Source: Octopus sinensis
Lineage: Eukaryota
DNA length: 64,000 bases
Reading direction: 5' to 3'
Assembly: GCF_006345805.1 (NCBI RefSeq)
Contig: NC_043019.1
Coordinates: 32,177,360 to 32,241,359 of the forward strand
The notes under the pieces were generated by a model that was not told the DNA's origin, ran no database searches, and saw nothing but the letters and a program-made list of their open reading frames with translations. Made by a program: the position numbers and the translations under genes. Shown piece by piece: positions 63,669 through 64,000 of the stretch (its first letter is position 1; each line of letters starts with the position of its first letter).

Positions 63669-64000
63669 TTAAATATTTTATTAACCTTTGTATTGTGTGA
63701 TACCTAATTCTACTAAATTACAACAGCTGAAATTATTTATGAATTAAAAAAAAAAATACCCCCAAAACACCTACAGTTTTCATCTTTCATTTTACTGTTT
63801 TTTCCCCCCTCATCATTTTTGCGTTTGTATTATTTCTTTGTTACAGAATTAACAAGGATTTTTTTTTTTATTTTCTTTTGTGGTGGCAGGAGGCCATTTT
63901 TGTTCTTAACTTAGTGCTTTTGAAATTTTCTGAAATAATTTCAGTTTATTGTTATGAATAAAAATAACATGTATCAGACTTTTGTTTGCTGTTGTTGTTT

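Overview
AT-rich eukaryotic (animal) genomic DNA, almost entirely non-coding. Dense TA/CA/ATC microsatellites and the tRNA-headed SINE families point to a coleoid cephalopod, most likely Octopus (inference from recalled repeat consensus, not a database search). Nearly all listed ORFs are translations of microsatellites or SINEs. The only supportable gene traces are one well-bounded 68-nt + strand exon (30627-30694) and a CpG-rich promoter/first-exon candidate on the - strand (about 4529-4790). The window holds at least five SINE families, several DNA-transposon MITEs (piggyBac-like, Tc1/mariner-like, Merlin-like) with nested insertions, and several minisatellites. The main unannotated signal is 12 minimal type I hammerhead ribozyme motifs from about five unrelated Penelope-like repeat families. 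They include a canonical CUGAUGA ribozyme behind a tRNA-type Pol III promoter, a U3-A8 compensated variant inside a 284-bp foldback, an inverted ribozyme pair in a 155-bp palindrome, and a family with a fixed CUGUAGA core. All were identified by eye; activity is untested.
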